From Gaiellaceae bacterium (GTDB lineage: Bacteria; Actinomycetota; Thermoleophilia; Gaiellales; Gaiellaceae), in the NCBI GenBank assembly GCA_050697735.1, contig JBOHAM010000029.1:8131-72130 (forward strand): 64,000 nucleotides of DNA, given 5' to 3'. Numbering within the stretch: position 1 is the stretch's first letter; each line of letters opens with the position of its first letter. Below are positions 63,782 through 64,000 of the stretch, piece after piece. The notes under the pieces were generated by a model. That model had not been told where the DNA came from, searched no databases, and saw only the letters and a list, made by a program, of their open reading frames with translations. Made by a program: the position numbers and the translations under genes.

Positions 63782-64000
63782 CCAGGAGGGCTTGACGAAA
63801 CGTGGCCTGTGCCGCCGGGCCGCGCTGCTCGCCCCGACGCGGCTTCCTCAGTCGCGCCCGTAGCTCAACCGCTACGAGCGCTCCCTGCGTCCTTCCCTCG
63901 GAACGACCATCGCACCCCGGCGACGAGCAACGTTCCGCCAATCCCTCCTAGATTCGCTCGGGGTCCTCGATGTCCGGCTCCTCCGGGAGCGTCCCGGGCT

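Noticed and set aside
63854-63925. tRNA-like start gcgcccg-ta-gctc-aaccgctac-gagc, resembling an acceptor stem plus D-arm
   Set aside because: The D-loop lacks the conserved GG. No anticodon stem can be formed: ctccc has no downstream gggag partner. No T-arm GTTC-like motif or matching 3' acceptor strand was found.

Overview
Very GC-rich, densely coding bacterial chromosomal segment; third codon positions are almost all G/C and nearly every gene has a long antisense shadow ORF. The gene content suggests an Actinomycetota-type monoderm genome, possibly Thermoleophilia/Rubrobacteria-like, but this is inference only. I can support about 60 protein-coding genes and a few GC-rich hairpins and palindromes. 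I recognised no rRNA, tRNA, CRISPR array, transposase, integrase or phage gene. Many ORF-track entries are over-extended at the N-terminus or fuse a real gene to upstream read-through, so I re-set starts from the nucleotide sequence.

Layout:
- 229-10469 (minus strand): secreted M14 carboxypeptidase, isochorismatase-like hydrolase, then a co-directional run of membrane and transport genes (ThrE-family exporter, MFS, APC permease, P-type ATPase).
- 10507-15212: complete arginine deiminase operon (arcA-arcB-arcC plus a YfcC-type carrier).
- 15269-20776: PLD-family enzyme with a separately encoded PLDc_N/SHOCT membrane gene, a MalT-like LuxR regulator, and a small cold-shock/zinc-ribbon gene chain.
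- 20888-25298: TolB-like lipoprotein divergent from an InhA (M6) metalloprotease, then pgl.
- 25340-29384: TetR module, membrane proteins, cation:proton antiporter.
- 29381-33130: four-gene glycosyltransferase/deacetylase operon, tightly translationally coupled.
- 33182-43665: thrC, then a co-directional DrrAB / LAL regulator / ECF sigma / cupin / BBE-oxidase block.
- 43785-51405: ugd, a double ATPase-permease ABC system, and an MsbA-like exporter.
- 51392-58481: two paralogous CzcA/CusA-like RND pumps flanking a minimal adaptor.
- 58644-63781: M28 aminopeptidase, an ECF sigma with a small ZAS anti-sigma, and several small conserved proteins of unknown function.

Most interesting candidates:
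1. An unannotated 50-codon membrane peptide whose stop overlaps the P-type ATPase start (ATGA).
2. RND / mini-adaptor / RND operon in an apparently monoderm background.
3. GT / membrane protein / CE4 deacetylase / GT4 operon, with every junction a 4-nt overlap.
4. Two paralogous small proteins with a shared 'GCPPD' motif, in two different operon contexts.
5. A cold-shock / zinc-ribbon / small-ORF chain of overlapping genes.
6. An ECF sigma whose C-terminal regulatory domain looks truncated.

All functional calls come from motif recognition by eye. No database search was run.
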